DNA of 32,000 nucleotides from Schaalia odontolytica (GTDB lineage Bacteria; Actinomycetota; Actinomycetes; Actinomycetales; Actinomycetaceae): NCBI RefSeq assembly GCF_005696695.1, contig NZ_CP040006.1, positions 150,001 to 182,000 of the forward strand, read 5' to 3'. Shown piece by piece: positions 24,263 to 32,000 of this stretch (position 1 is its first letter; each line of letters starts with the position of its first letter). The notes under the pieces were generated by a model. It saw only the letters and a program-made list of their open reading frames with translations, ran no database searches and was not told where the DNA came from. The position numbers and the translations under genes were made by a program.

Positions 24263-25015
24263 ATGGGAACCATGAACCTCAGCTTCCCCGAGCGCATCCG
24301 CGTTGACGCCATCATCCAAGCCGCCATGGACATGGAGGCCGCGCCCCTCCTGCACGAGCTCGCGCCCATCGGGGACGACGAGACGCCCCAGGCCATCCTC
24401 GCGGGCAGCCACAAGGCCCAGCGCTTCGTGCTCGGCATTCTCGACGGACGCACCGTCCTGGTCGTCACCTCCGGCATCGGCCTGGCCAACGCCGCCTCCG
24501 CGACCGCGCGCGCCCTCACCCTTGTCGAGGCGCCCATCGTCATCGCCGCCGGCACCACCGGCGGGCTCGCCCGCGACATCAACGTTGGCGACATCGCCGC
24601 CGGCACCCGCGCCATCTACGGGCAGGCGGATGCGACCGCCTTCGGCTACGCCATGGGCCAGGTCCCCCAGATGCCCGTCGACTACACCACCTCCGAAGCC
24701 GCCGAAGAGCGCCTTCCCATCCTGCGCGGCCTCATCGAACACCCCGTGCGCCGCGGGCGCATCGTCTCCTCCGACTCCTTCTGCACCGAGGCCAACGTTG
24801 GCCCCATGCGCGAGCGCTTCCCCGACGCCATTGGCACCGACATGGAAACCTGCGCAATGGCCCAGGTCTGCTGGTCCTCCGACGTCGACTGGATCTCGTT
24901 GCGAGCCGTCTCCGACCTGTGCGGCCCCACCGCCGACCAGGCCTTCCACATGGACGGCGCCCGCGCCGCTGCCCACAGCGCCCAGGCCGTGCGCGCCTAC
25001 CTGACGCTGCTCTGA
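24263..25015 (+). CDS. mtnN: 5'-methylthioadenosine/S-adenosylhomocysteine nucleosidase
   Basis: Motifs: IIQAAMDMEAAPLL, VVTSGIGLANAASATARAL, AAGTTGGL, GTDMETCAMAQVC, LRAVSDL. The start is ATG 24263 or ATG 24272. Confidence 0.85.
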   Translation: MGTMNLSFPERIRVDAIIQAAMDMEAAPLLHELAPIGDDETPQAILAGSHKAQRFVLGILDGRTVLVVTSGIGLANAASATARALTLVEAPIVIAAGTTGGLARDINVGDIAAGTRAIYGQADATAFGYAMGQVPQMPVDYTTSEAAEERLPILRGLIEHPVRRGRIVSSDSFCTEANVGPMRERFPDAIGTDMETCAMAQVCWSSDVDWISLRAVSDLCGPTADQAFHMDGARAAAHSAQAVRAYLTLL

Positions 25016-25077
25016 GCGCCCGCCCCGGCCTCGTGCCTGCCCCGGCCTCGTCCCGCCCCGAACGAACGGAAACGAAC

Positions 25078-25584
25078 ATGACCCGCCCCGCCCGCGTCCT
25101 TATGGTGTGCACCGGTAACATCTGCCGCTCCACGATGGCCCACGCGGTCCTCGAACAGGCCGCCGCGCGCGCCGGCGTGGATGTCGTCGTCGATAGCGCC
25201 GGCGTCTCCGACGAAGAGCAGGGCAACCCGATCGACCGCCGCGCCGCTCGCGTGCTGCGCGACGCCGGGTACATCGTGCCCGATCATCGTGCGCGCCAGA
25301 TCCGCGCCGGCGAGCTGGGGGAGTGGGACCTCGTGCTGGCCATGACCTCGCGCCACCTGAACGTCCTGGAGCGCCTCGCCGAGCGCGTCGGGGTTGAGCA
25401 CGAGGGTGCGCCCGCGTCCGCCGCCGACCTGGGCCAGGGGCCGCGTGTGTGCCTGTACCGCGACCTCGACCCCGAGGGCAGCGGCGACGTGCCCGACCCC
25501 TGGTACGGCGGCCACCAGGACTTCCTGGACACCCTCGAGGTTATCGAGCGGGTCACCCCGCAGATCCTCGCCCTCGTGCGCTAG
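25078..25584 (+). CDS. Low-molecular-weight protein-tyrosine phosphatase
   Basis: 168 aa. The active-site loop VLMVCTGNICRSTMA (CX5R-S) and DPWYG (Asp loop) are present. Confidence 0.9.
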   Translation: MTRPARVLMVCTGNICRSTMAHAVLEQAAARAGVDVVVDSAGVSDEEQGNPIDRRAARVLRDAGYIVPDHRARQIRAGELGEWDLVLAMTSRHLNVLERLAERVGVEHEGAPASAADLGQGPRVCLYRDLDPEGSGDVPDPWYGGHQDFLDTLEVIERVTPQILALVR

Positions 25585-25614
25585 GCGCGCGGACTGATTC
25601 CTTGTTGCCCCATT

Positions 25615-25728
25615 AATTTCGCACGTAATTCCCCTGAGGGATCTTCGGATTACCCCGAGAAAACCGCATGATTTCAACGTTTAGAATTCAAATGTTGAAA
25701 GAGCAGTGGGGGAATTGCATGCGAAATT
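25615..25728. mobile_element. TIR element copy 2 (114 bp)
   Basis: The ends are aatttcgcacgtaattcccc and ggggaattgcatgcgaaatt. The interior (gaaaaccgcatgatttcaa, ttcaaatgttgaaagag) is shared with copy 3. The right end overlaps the stop codon of the DUF559-type ORF. Confidence 0.8.
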
Positions 25729-26665
25729 AGTGTTGAGGGTGATAACTAGGCAGGTATCCGCTCAGGATGTCGAGGAAGGCGGCGTTCTTCACTGCGTCGC
25801 GCGTGTCTTCCATTCCAGTGTCGGGTAGGAGGCGACGGAGGGCCTGTACCGATACCGGGACCTCTCGCGCGAAGTTGCCATTCATGACGTCGTCATAGGT
25901 GAATCGAAGGACGACGTATCCGCGCCGTAAAAGTTCTCGATCGCGTTTGAGGTCCTTCTCGCGCTGCTCTTTCGATGAGTGGAAGGCCCATCCATCCACC
26001 TCGATGATGATGAAGCCGAGAATGATCATGTCGACCTCGCCGACTCCTTCAATCCAGACCCCGACCTGCGGTGTCAGCCCCATATCAATGAGCTGCAAAC
26101 GTGCAACTGTTTCGAGGATCGATCGGGCACGCTCCGACGATAGGGAGAGAGCTTCTTTGAGGTGAGGCAGTCGGCTGCCGGTTGGTGGAATAGTGAGCGT
26201 CGAGACGTCGTAGAGGCCGCGATTGCGCGCGGCATCAAGCATGGGCAGCGAGACCTTGAGTGGCATGCAGACGAGCACTCGCTCCAAGACTGTCCCGATG
26301 CTCGCTACATGTGTGCGTTCTTCTTCTTTACTCAGGACCGGCTCCCAGTGGACGCACACATCGTCGAAACGGCGGAGCTTTGAGTAGTGCATTCCTCGGC
26401 TGTGTCTGACGGACAAATGCGTGCGCTGTGGGAGTTCCCCAGTGGCGACTGGTAGGTCATAGAACTTCGCTGCACTCACACACGAGAGGCAAGCGTTGTA
26501 TACGAAAGCGCGTACCTGATCTAACGTGTACCTGGTGTGGTCGTAGATCCAACCGCGGTAGTGACTGATGCCAGCTGGCAGCGTTGAAGGAGTGAGGTCT
26601 GCGTGGCGCAGGCTCGATAGTTTGGTGATGCCTTGTCGTTTACGTAGCTCTTCGTTGAGATCCAT
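25727..26665 (-). CDS. DUF559/Vsr-like endonuclease-fold domain protein with an AbiEi-like N-terminal region (312 aa); low-GC gene
   Basis: The C-terminus VDMIILGFIIIEVDGWAFHSSKEQREKDLKRDRELLRRGYVVLRFTYDDV matches my recollection of the DUF559 pattern. GC is about 52-58% in sampled lines, against about 68% in neighbouring genes. Confidence 0.75.
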   Translation of the reverse strand: MDLNEELRKRQGITKLSSLRHADLTPSTLPAGISHYRGWIYDHTRYTLDQVRAFVYNACLSCVSAAKFYDLPVATGELPQRTHLSVRHSRGMHYSKLRRFDDVCVHWEPVLSKEEERTHVASIGTVLERVLVCMPLKVSLPMLDAARNRGLYDVSTLTIPPTGSRLPHLKEALSLSSERARSILETVARLQLIDMGLTPQVGVWIEGVGEVDMIILGFIIIEVDGWAFHSSKEQREKDLKRDRELLRRGYVVLRFTYDDVMNGNFAREVPVSVQALRRLLPDTGMEDTRDAVKNAAFLDILSGYLPSYHPQH

Positions 26666-26730
26666 GCATAGATCGTGCTACTTTGTGGCGCTTTGTGTGA
26701 TCTGTTTGAAAAATCTGTGGATAACTAAGA

Positions 26731-26844
26731 AATTTCGCATGCAATTCCCTGCCGAGGTCTATTTGGTACCTCGTGAAAACCGCATGATTTCAATGATCTG
26801 AGTTCAAATCTTGAAAGAGGGGTGGGGGAATTGCATGCGAAATT
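26731..26844. mobile_element. TIR element copy 3 (114 bp), same orientation as copy 2
   Basis: The ends are aatttcgcatgcaattccc and ggggaattgcatgcgaaatt. The interior is gaaaaccgcatgatttcaa...ttcaaatcttgaaagag. Confidence 0.8.
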
Positions 26845-26874
26845 GATCGGGGAACCAGTGTCTCCGCCGAATAG

Positions 26875-26910
26875 AGCGAGCGGCCACCCTGCGTGGGGTA
26901 GCCGCTCGCT
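26875..26910 (-). terminator. Hairpin downstream of the dipZ-like gene
   Basis: agcgagcggc (26875-26884) pairs with gccgctcgct (26901-26910). An alternative ccaccct/agggtgg pairing exists. The T-run is weak. Confidence 0.45.
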
Positions 26911-26928
26911 GCGTTAAAGGGTGGCGCC

Positions 26929-28257
26929 TCAGTTGGGCAGGGACACCCCCGCCTCGGTGAGGAGGGTGCGGATCTGCTCTTCGACGCCCTTCGTGCCGCG
27001 GCCCATCGCGACGAGCTTGCCGTCCGTGCCCGCGATGAAGTGCGTCGGCCACGCCGTCGCGCCGTAGGCCTTGAAGGCCTCCAGGTCGGGGTCCAACGCC
27101 ACCGGGTAGGTGATGCCCAGCTTCTCGATCGACGCGTTCACCACCGAGGTGTCGCGCTCGTAGGCCTGCTGGGGCGAGTGCACGCCCACGACGACCAGGC
27201 CGTAGTCCTTGTACTTCTCGTAGATGGCCTCGAGCTCGGGGATCTCGCGCTGGCAGTTCGTGCACGAGCTCGACCAGAAGTCCACGAGCGTCACCGTGCC
27301 GGACGGCTGGCCCAGGGTGTTCAGCCACTCCGAGGCCTGGATCGTCGGCATGGCGCCGCAATCCTTCGCGCCATTACGCGCGCACTGCGCGAAGTCGGTG
27401 CTCGCCTCGACTTCCTTCTCGGGCTCGCACGCGCCGTCCTCGCAAGCGCCTTCAGTGCTGGCCTCGAGCGAGGCCGTGTAGTCGGGGATCATCCGCTGCA
27501 GGGCCATCGGGGCGTCCGTCGCGATACCCAGCGCGAGCGCCATCATCGCGACGCCCGCGGCGATGCGCAGCGGCTGCTGGCGGGTCTTCAGGAAGCGGGC
27601 GGCGACGCCCGAACCGGCGATCGCGACGATCATCAGCGGGATCGACACGCCGATCGCGAAGGAGACGGCCAGGCCGATGATGTGCCACGTGATCTGCCCG
27701 GAGCTGGAGGCCACGATGATCGAGGTCAGCACCGGACCCGCGCACGGCACGAACGCCGCGCCCAGGACGAGGCCGAGGCCGAAGCCCGCGCTGTCGCCCG
27801 TCGTGCGAGGTGCCAGGCGCGCAAAGGGGCGCTCGAGCACCTCCATGATCTTCGGGACGATCATGCCGATGCCGACGGCCAGCAGCAGGACGATGCCGGT
27901 CCAGCGGATCAGCGCCTGCGGCAGGTTGAGCAGGCTGAGCAGCGCCGAACCCGCGACCGTGATGATCATGAACGAGGTGACGAGGCCCAGGACGATGAGC
28001 ACGGGACGACGCGTCACCGAGTCGCTGCCGTCGGCCTTCACGGCTGCCTTCTTCGGCGCTTCTCCACCCAGGTTCACGCCCGGAGCGACGCGGAACAGTG
28101 ACGGGTCGATGCCCGCCTTTCCGTCTTTGGAGGATTGGGGCGCCTCGTTCGAGGTGCGGCCGCCAGCGGCTCCGAGGAATAGTGCGGGCAGGACGGGAAG
28201 GATGCACGGGGAGATGCCCGTGATGAAGCCTCCAAGAAGGCCAAGCAAGAGGAACAT
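26929..28257 (-). CDS. dipZ: DipZ-like fusion: CcdA/DsbD-family thiol-disulfide transporter plus a thioredoxin-like (TlpA/ResA-type) domain
   Basis: 442 aa. The N-terminus is GFITGISPCILPVLPALF, followed by multiple TM helices with FVPCAGPVL. The C-terminus is VTLVDFWSSSCTNCQREIPELE (CxxC redoxin). Confidence 0.85.
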   Translation of the reverse strand: MFLLLGLLGGFITGISPCILPVLPALFLGAAGGRTSNEAPQSSKDGKAGIDPSLFRVAPGVNLGGEAPKKAAVKADGSDSVTRRPVLIVLGLVTSFMIITVAGSALLSLLNLPQALIRWTGIVLLLAVGIGMIVPKIMEVLERPFARLAPRTTGDSAGFGLGLVLGAAFVPCAGPVLTSIIVASSSGQITWHIIGLAVSFAIGVSIPLMIVAIAGSGVAARFLKTRQQPLRIAAGVAMMALALGIATDAPMALQRMIPDYTASLEASTEGACEDGACEPEKEVEASTDFAQCARNGAKDCGAMPTIQASEWLNTLGQPSGTVTLVDFWSSSCTNCQREIPELEAIYEKYKDYGLVVVGVHSPQQAYERDTSVVNASIEKLGITYPVALDPDLEAFKAYGATAWPTHFIAGTDGKLVAMGRGTKGVEEQIRTLLTEAGVSLPN

Positions 28258-28345
28258 AGGTTCACCTTACTTGGAAGTAGTTGAAAATGCATGCTAATTG
28301 TCGGCTGCGCGCATGAAAGCCGGATGTCAGAACCCGACAGTGCGC

Positions 28346-29035
28346 CTACAGCGACAGGACCAGGTCCGCGCGCTCCTTCGTGCGATCGACGAGGGCCATG
28401 TTCGCCGCGTCCACCGTGCGCACCCAGTGCGCGGCGTCCGCGCGGTCCCGGCCAAAGCTCATGTGCCGGTCGATCAGGCGCGAGGCGAGCTCCTCGAAAG
28501 GAGTGTCAATAAAGACGAGCAGGTCGATGAGGCCGCGCACGTCCGCCCAGCCGGGCAGCTCGAGGCCCAGGTAGTTGCCCTCCGTGATGACGACGCCGTC
28601 GACCTCAACGGGCAGGGAGGCGGCGACGGGCTCGTGCAGGTCGCGCCGGTAATCGGGGGCGAGGACAACGCCGTCCGCGCGGCGCACGCGCCCCAGGAGG
28701 GCGACGTATCCGCCCACGTCGAAGGTGTCGGGCGCGCCCTTGTGGTCGGCGATCCCGCGCGCGGCCAGCACCGCGTTGGACATGTGGAAGCCATCCATGG
28801 GCGCCAGGCCAGCGACCGCGATGCCGGCCTCGGGCAGGGCGCGCGCCAGTTCGGCGGTGATCGTCGTCTTGCCGGTCCCGGGAGGGCCGGTCAGGCCCAG
28901 CACGCGCACGGGGTCACCGAGGCGGGCGCGCTCGGCCACGGCCTCGACGATGCGCCGGGTGATCGACGAGGCCTGGGCGCACTCAGGAGAGGCAGCAGCC
29001 GACTGCGGTCCCGAGCTCGCCCGTAAGGAAGTCAC
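28346..29035 (-). CDS. P-loop kinase of the PRK/uridine-kinase-like family (YggC/FrcK-like)
   Basis: P-loop GLTGPPGTGKTT and PMDGFH motif. The proposed start is GTG at 29035, which forms a GTGA overlap with the upstream PRTase stop. The track ORF extends to 29095. Confidence 0.7.
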   Translation of the reverse strand: MTSLRASSGPQSAAASPECAQASSITRRIVEAVAERARLGDPVRVLGLTGPPGTGKTTITAELARALPEAGIAVAGLAPMDGFHMSNAVLAARGIADHKGAPDTFDVGGYVALLGRVRRADGVVLAPDYRRDLHEPVAASLPVEVDGVVITEGNYLGLELPGWADVRGLIDLLVFIDTPFEELASRLIDRHMSFGRDRADAAHWVRTVDAANMALVDRTKERADLVLSL

Positions 29036-29565
29036 GGCTTGATGACGGGCAGCGTCGACCAGGGGAAGTTGATCCACTTGTCGGTGTACGCCCACACGTA
29101 GTCGGGCTCGATGATGGACACGGGCTTCTTGTAGATGACCGCGCTGCGGGCCTCGACGCGGACGGCGGCGGAGCCGTCGAGAGTGAGGCCGTGCTCGTCG
29201 ATGAGGTCCATGACCATCTTGAGGGTCTTGCCGGAGTCGGCGACGTCGTCGACGACGAGGACGCGCTTGCCATCCATCGCGGAGACGTCCATGAGCGGGG
29301 GAAGCAGCTGGGGCTCCTCGAGGGTTTCACCGATGCCGGAGTAGAACTCGACGTTCATGGTGCCGATGGCCTTCACGTCCATCGCGTAGGCGATGGCGCC
29401 GGCGGGAATGAGGCCGCCGCGCGCGATGGCGACGATCAGGTCCGGGATCCAGCCGGAGTCGACGATCTGCTGGGTGAGCTCACGGGACGCGTCGCCGAAG
29501 CCTTCCCAGGTGAGGACCTCGCGGTCGGGAGCGGTGGTGGCGTCGGGGCTGGCGGTGGTACCCAT
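29032..29565 (-). CDS. Type I phosphoribosyltransferase, Gpt/XGPRT-like
   Basis: 177 aa. PRPP-binding motif VLVVDDVADSGKTL, IVAIARGGLIPAG, C-terminal WINFPW. Confidence 0.8.
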   Translation of the reverse strand: MGTTASPDATTAPDREVLTWEGFGDASRELTQQIVDSGWIPDLIVAIARGGLIPAGAIAYAMDVKAIGTMNVEFYSGIGETLEEPQLLPPLMDVSAMDGKRVLVVDDVADSGKTLKMVMDLIDEHGLTLDGSAAVRVEARSAVIYKKPVSIIEPDYVWAYTDKWINFPWSTLPVIKP

Positions 29566-29697
29566 GGCTTCCTTCTCTCGGGGGTGTTGGGATCAAGGGT
29601 ATCGCCGTCGGGTGGGTGTGTGCGCGCCCGCCCGGGTTGCAAAACTGTGACGTGGGCGAACGCTCGCCTTGTGCGCACTTCCCCGGCGTCGGTAACG

Positions 29698-30207
29698 CTA
29701 ACGATGGCGGCGGATTGAGGCGAGCTCGCGCTCGTAGGCGCGCCCGGGCGAGGCGGCCTGCCCGCGGTGCTCCCACGTGAGGATCAACGCCGGGTTGAAA
29801 GCGTGCGAGCACACCCCGCACGAGGAGACGCGCCGGGGCGCCCGGTACAGGCGGCGGGTGGCCCCGCAGCGCGGGCACGTGCCCACCCAGGGCGCGTCGG
29901 GGGAGGGTAGGGATGAGGGCAGGCGCGCGGAATCCGGGGCGCCGAGGGCGCGTGCGGCCCGCTTCCACGCGGCGTCGTGCCCGTGGGAGGGGCCGACGAG
30001 GGCGTGGGCGATCTCGTGCAGAATGACGCCCCGGATCGTGTCCGCGTCATACAGGTCGGTGAGCGGGCCGGACAGGCTGATCGTGCGCGAGGTATGCGTG
30101 CACGCCCCCGCCCGGCGCTTGGCGTGGTCGAAGCGGAAACGCCAGTCGGTCAGCCCAGCCGCGTCCATGAGGGAGCGCGCGAGGGTGCGAGCATCCTCGC
30201 GCTTCAC
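29698..30207 (-). CDS. SprT-like zinc metallopeptidase domain protein
   Basis: HEIAHAL (HExxH) plus a CPRCG...CGVC zinc ribbon. The proposed start is GTG at 30207, which forms a GTGA overlap with the hrpA stop. The track ORF extends to 30309. Confidence 0.75.
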   Translation of the reverse strand: MKREDARTLARSLMDAAGLTDWRFRFDHAKRRAGACTHTSRTISLSGPLTDLYDADTIRGVILHEIAHALVGPSHGHDAAWKRAARALGAPDSARLPSSLPSPDAPWVGTCPRCGATRRLYRAPRRVSSCGVCSHAFNPALILTWEHRGQAASPGRAYERELASIRRHR

Positions 30208-32000
30208 CGCGCCCCCGCGAGCACGCCGAGCAGGCGCTTCATGGAGACCTTGTTCGGCGTGCCCAGGGTCTGGGCGAACATGGACACGCGCAGCTCCTCG
30301 GCCATCCATCGCGCCTGGGTGAGGGCGGCGTCGCGTCGGGCGTCGTAGGGGCGCCGTTCCAGCGCCTCGCGCGTGGCGGCGATCTCGGCCTCGGCCTGGT
30401 GGATGCGGTCCATGTCCTCCAGGTCGCGGGCCAGCGCCCCCGGCGACGAGGCGGCGCGCTCAATGCGCACAGCACCGGCGCGCAGGTAGCGGGCCAGGTG
30501 CGGCAGCGCGGAGGCGGGCGTCGCCGACACGAAACCCTCGTAGAGCAGGGTCTTCCCATGCGCCGCGACGTCGCGCGTCGTCTCCTCGAGCGAGGCCTGG
30601 GGGTGGGAGCGCACGGCGGCGTCGGCCTCGGCGCTGGCCTCCAGGGCCCGCACGACGTGGGAGAGGATCTGGTAGACGCGGTCCTCGTGGGCGTCGCGAG
30701 CGGCTGCCACAAGCGTCTCGAAGGCCTCGGGGTCGCGCACGTCGGCGGGGGTGCTCAGCTCGTCGACGAGGGACAGGGCCGAGGCCAGCTGCGCGTCCGC
30801 GACCAGGGCCGCCGTGTCCGCGTAGGGGGAGGCTGCCAGCATGAGGGCCTCGCGGCCCGTCCAGCGCGTGGTCACGCGGTTGGTCGCCAGTGCGACGCGG
30901 GAGAGCAGCAGACGAGCGAGGCCGGCGCGATGCTCGCGGTCCGCCTCGGCGGCGCTGGCCATGACGCGCACGCCAGCCGCCGGGGCCGCGGCACTGCCCT
31001 GGGGGACCAGCGCGGGGAACGCCCGCAGCGTCATCGCGGACGAGGTCTGGGTGATCGATCGCGGCAGCGTCGGCATCTGCGTGACGCCGTCCGCGTGGAA
31101 CGCCGGGTCCGGCGCGGGGGCCGAGGCCTGGGCCTCCTTCGGTGCGTGTGTGCCCTTCCCGGGTGCGGACTGCGCGCCATCGTTTGCGGCAGACTGCGCG
31201 CCCTTGGAGGTGGAGGAATTGTCCCCACCGCGGGCGGCGGCCTTCTCCGAGGCTCCGCGCCCGCGCTTGTTCCTGCGTGCCTGCTTCTCGCCGGCCTCTT
31301 CGAGGGCCGCGCGAACGGCCGTGCGCACCGCCTTGTTCGCGTCGCTGGCGAGGGAACGCTGCAGGTAGGCCAGGTCCTTGCCCGCGCCCAGCTCCTTGCC
31401 CGACGCGTCGGTGACGACGAAGGTCATGCGCAGGTGATCGGGCAGGTGGGCGCGCGCGTGCGCCAGGTCCGCCTCGCTGAGGTCCACGCCGCGCAGCACG
31501 CGCACCGCGTGGGCGAGGGCGTCCAGGATGGGACCCTCGGTGAGGGGGCGGGGCTTGGGCGCCTCGGCGGCAGGCGCGCCCTGCTGGGTGGATTCCGGCG
31601 CAGGAGTCTCCTTCTGTGCGGCCTTCTTCGGCGCCTTCGCGGGGGAATTGCGCGTCGACAGCTTGCCCGACGTCGCGCCCCACGCGGCCAGGCGGCCCAT
31701 CGCGGCGTCCAGGCTCAGCGGGTCCGGTTCGTCGGAGTCGGCGGCCTTCGTCGCTTTCCCGGCGGACTTGTCCGCCGCAGGCGCTGCCTCGACTGGCTCG
31801 TCGCCCGCCTGCTCGATCCAGCGAGCCACCGACGCGGCCACGTCCGGCGCGGGGGCCAGCAGACGGCGCACGCCCTTGGGCAGAGCCCGGATCGCCTCGG
31901 TCAGCAGGTCCTCGCGCATGCCGGGCACCAGCCAGTCCGTGCCCGCATCGCTGACGCGCTCGAGCACCTCGATCGGGATGCGCATCGACACGCCGTCGCG
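30204..32000 (-). CDS. hrpA: ATP-dependent RNA helicase HrpA, C-terminal region (partial; continues beyond the window)
   Basis: The ORF is open to the window edge. Motifs: IPIEVLERV...WLVPGMREDLL, LPKGVRR and C-terminal WMAEELRVSMFAQTLGTPNKVSMKRL, typical of the HrpA C-terminal domain. It contains a long low-complexity A/P/K-rich insert. Confidence 0.85.
   Translation of the reverse strand, partial: RDGVSMRIPIEVLERVSDAGTDWLVPGMREDLLTEAIRALPKGVRRLLAPAPDVAASVARWIEQAGDEPVEAAPAADKSAGKATKAADSDEPDPLSLDAAMGRLAAWGATSGKLSTRNSPAKAPKKAAQKETPAPESTQQGAPAAEAPKPRPLTEGPILDALAHAVRVLRGVDLSEADLAHARAHLPDHLRMTFVVTDASGKELGAGKDLAYLQRSLASDANKAVRTAVRAALEEAGEKQARRNKRGRGASEKAAARGGDNSSTSKGAQSAANDGAQSAPGKGTHAPKEAQASAPAPDPAFHADGVTQMPTLPRSITQTSSAMTLRAFPALVPQGSAAAPAAGVRVMASAAEADREHRAGLARLLLSRVALATNRVTTRWTGREALMLAASPYADTAALVADAQLASALSLVDELSTPADVRDPEAFETLVAAARDAHEDRVYQILSHVVRALEASAEADAAVRSHPQASLEETTRDVAAHGKTLLYEGFVSATPASALPHLARYLRAGAVRIERAASSPGALARDLEDMDRIHQAEAEIAATREALERRPYDARRDAALTQARWMAEELRVSMFAQTLGTPNKVSMKRLLGVLAGAR

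Noticed and set aside
24154-25077. Short direct repeats gccccggcctcgt x2 (25023-25052) and cgaggccgg/ccggcctcg motifs around mtnN, considered as a further repeat family
   Set aside because: They are very short, GC-rich and close to what is expected by chance in about 70% GC DNA. No extended alignment to the other repeat modules was visible.

Overview
No similarity search or HMM was run; every call comes from reading the sequence and the ORF translations. This is a high-GC actinobacterial chromosomal window, with genes at roughly 65-70% GC. The gene content suggests an Actinomyces/Actinomycetaceae-type genome, but that is inference only.

Gene order on the plus strand, apart from sdaA:
- nrdI-nrdE (class Ib ribonucleotide reductase).
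- Four tandem paralogous small membrane proteins with Tyr/Gly/Gln/Pro/Ala-rich N-termini.
- An uncharacterised ABC-class ATPase.
- A MacB-type ABC exporter (ATPase plus double-FtsX permease), bracketed by two ~0.8-kb modular non-coding repeat regions.
- L-serine dehydratase (minus strand), followed by tandem repeats and a ~40% GC promoter region.
- A sortase-pilus locus: tip-like adhesin, LPLTG shaft pilin, class C sortase, and a second paralogous tip-like adhesin.
- MTA/SAH nucleosidase and a low-molecular-weight protein-tyrosine phosphatase.
- A ~54% GC DUF559-type gene (itself on the minus strand) flanked by two direct copies of a 114-bp terminal-inverted-repeat element. A third, inverted copy lies at 8065.

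On the minus strand: DipZ-like CcdA-thioredoxin fusion, P-loop kinase, phosphoribosyltransferase, SprT-like protein and the HrpA C-terminus.

The least explained signals are:
1. The four-gene MSD-paralog membrane-protein array.
2. The non-coding repeat architecture: a shared 142-nt module, double-armed palindromes, a 20-bp phased GCACGTAAACCC array and the 114-bp TIR element family.
3. The pilus locus, which has two paralogous giant adhesins carrying non-canonical LPKAG and LPNSG sorting motifs.

No transposase, integrase, CRISPR array, tRNA or rRNA was seen.
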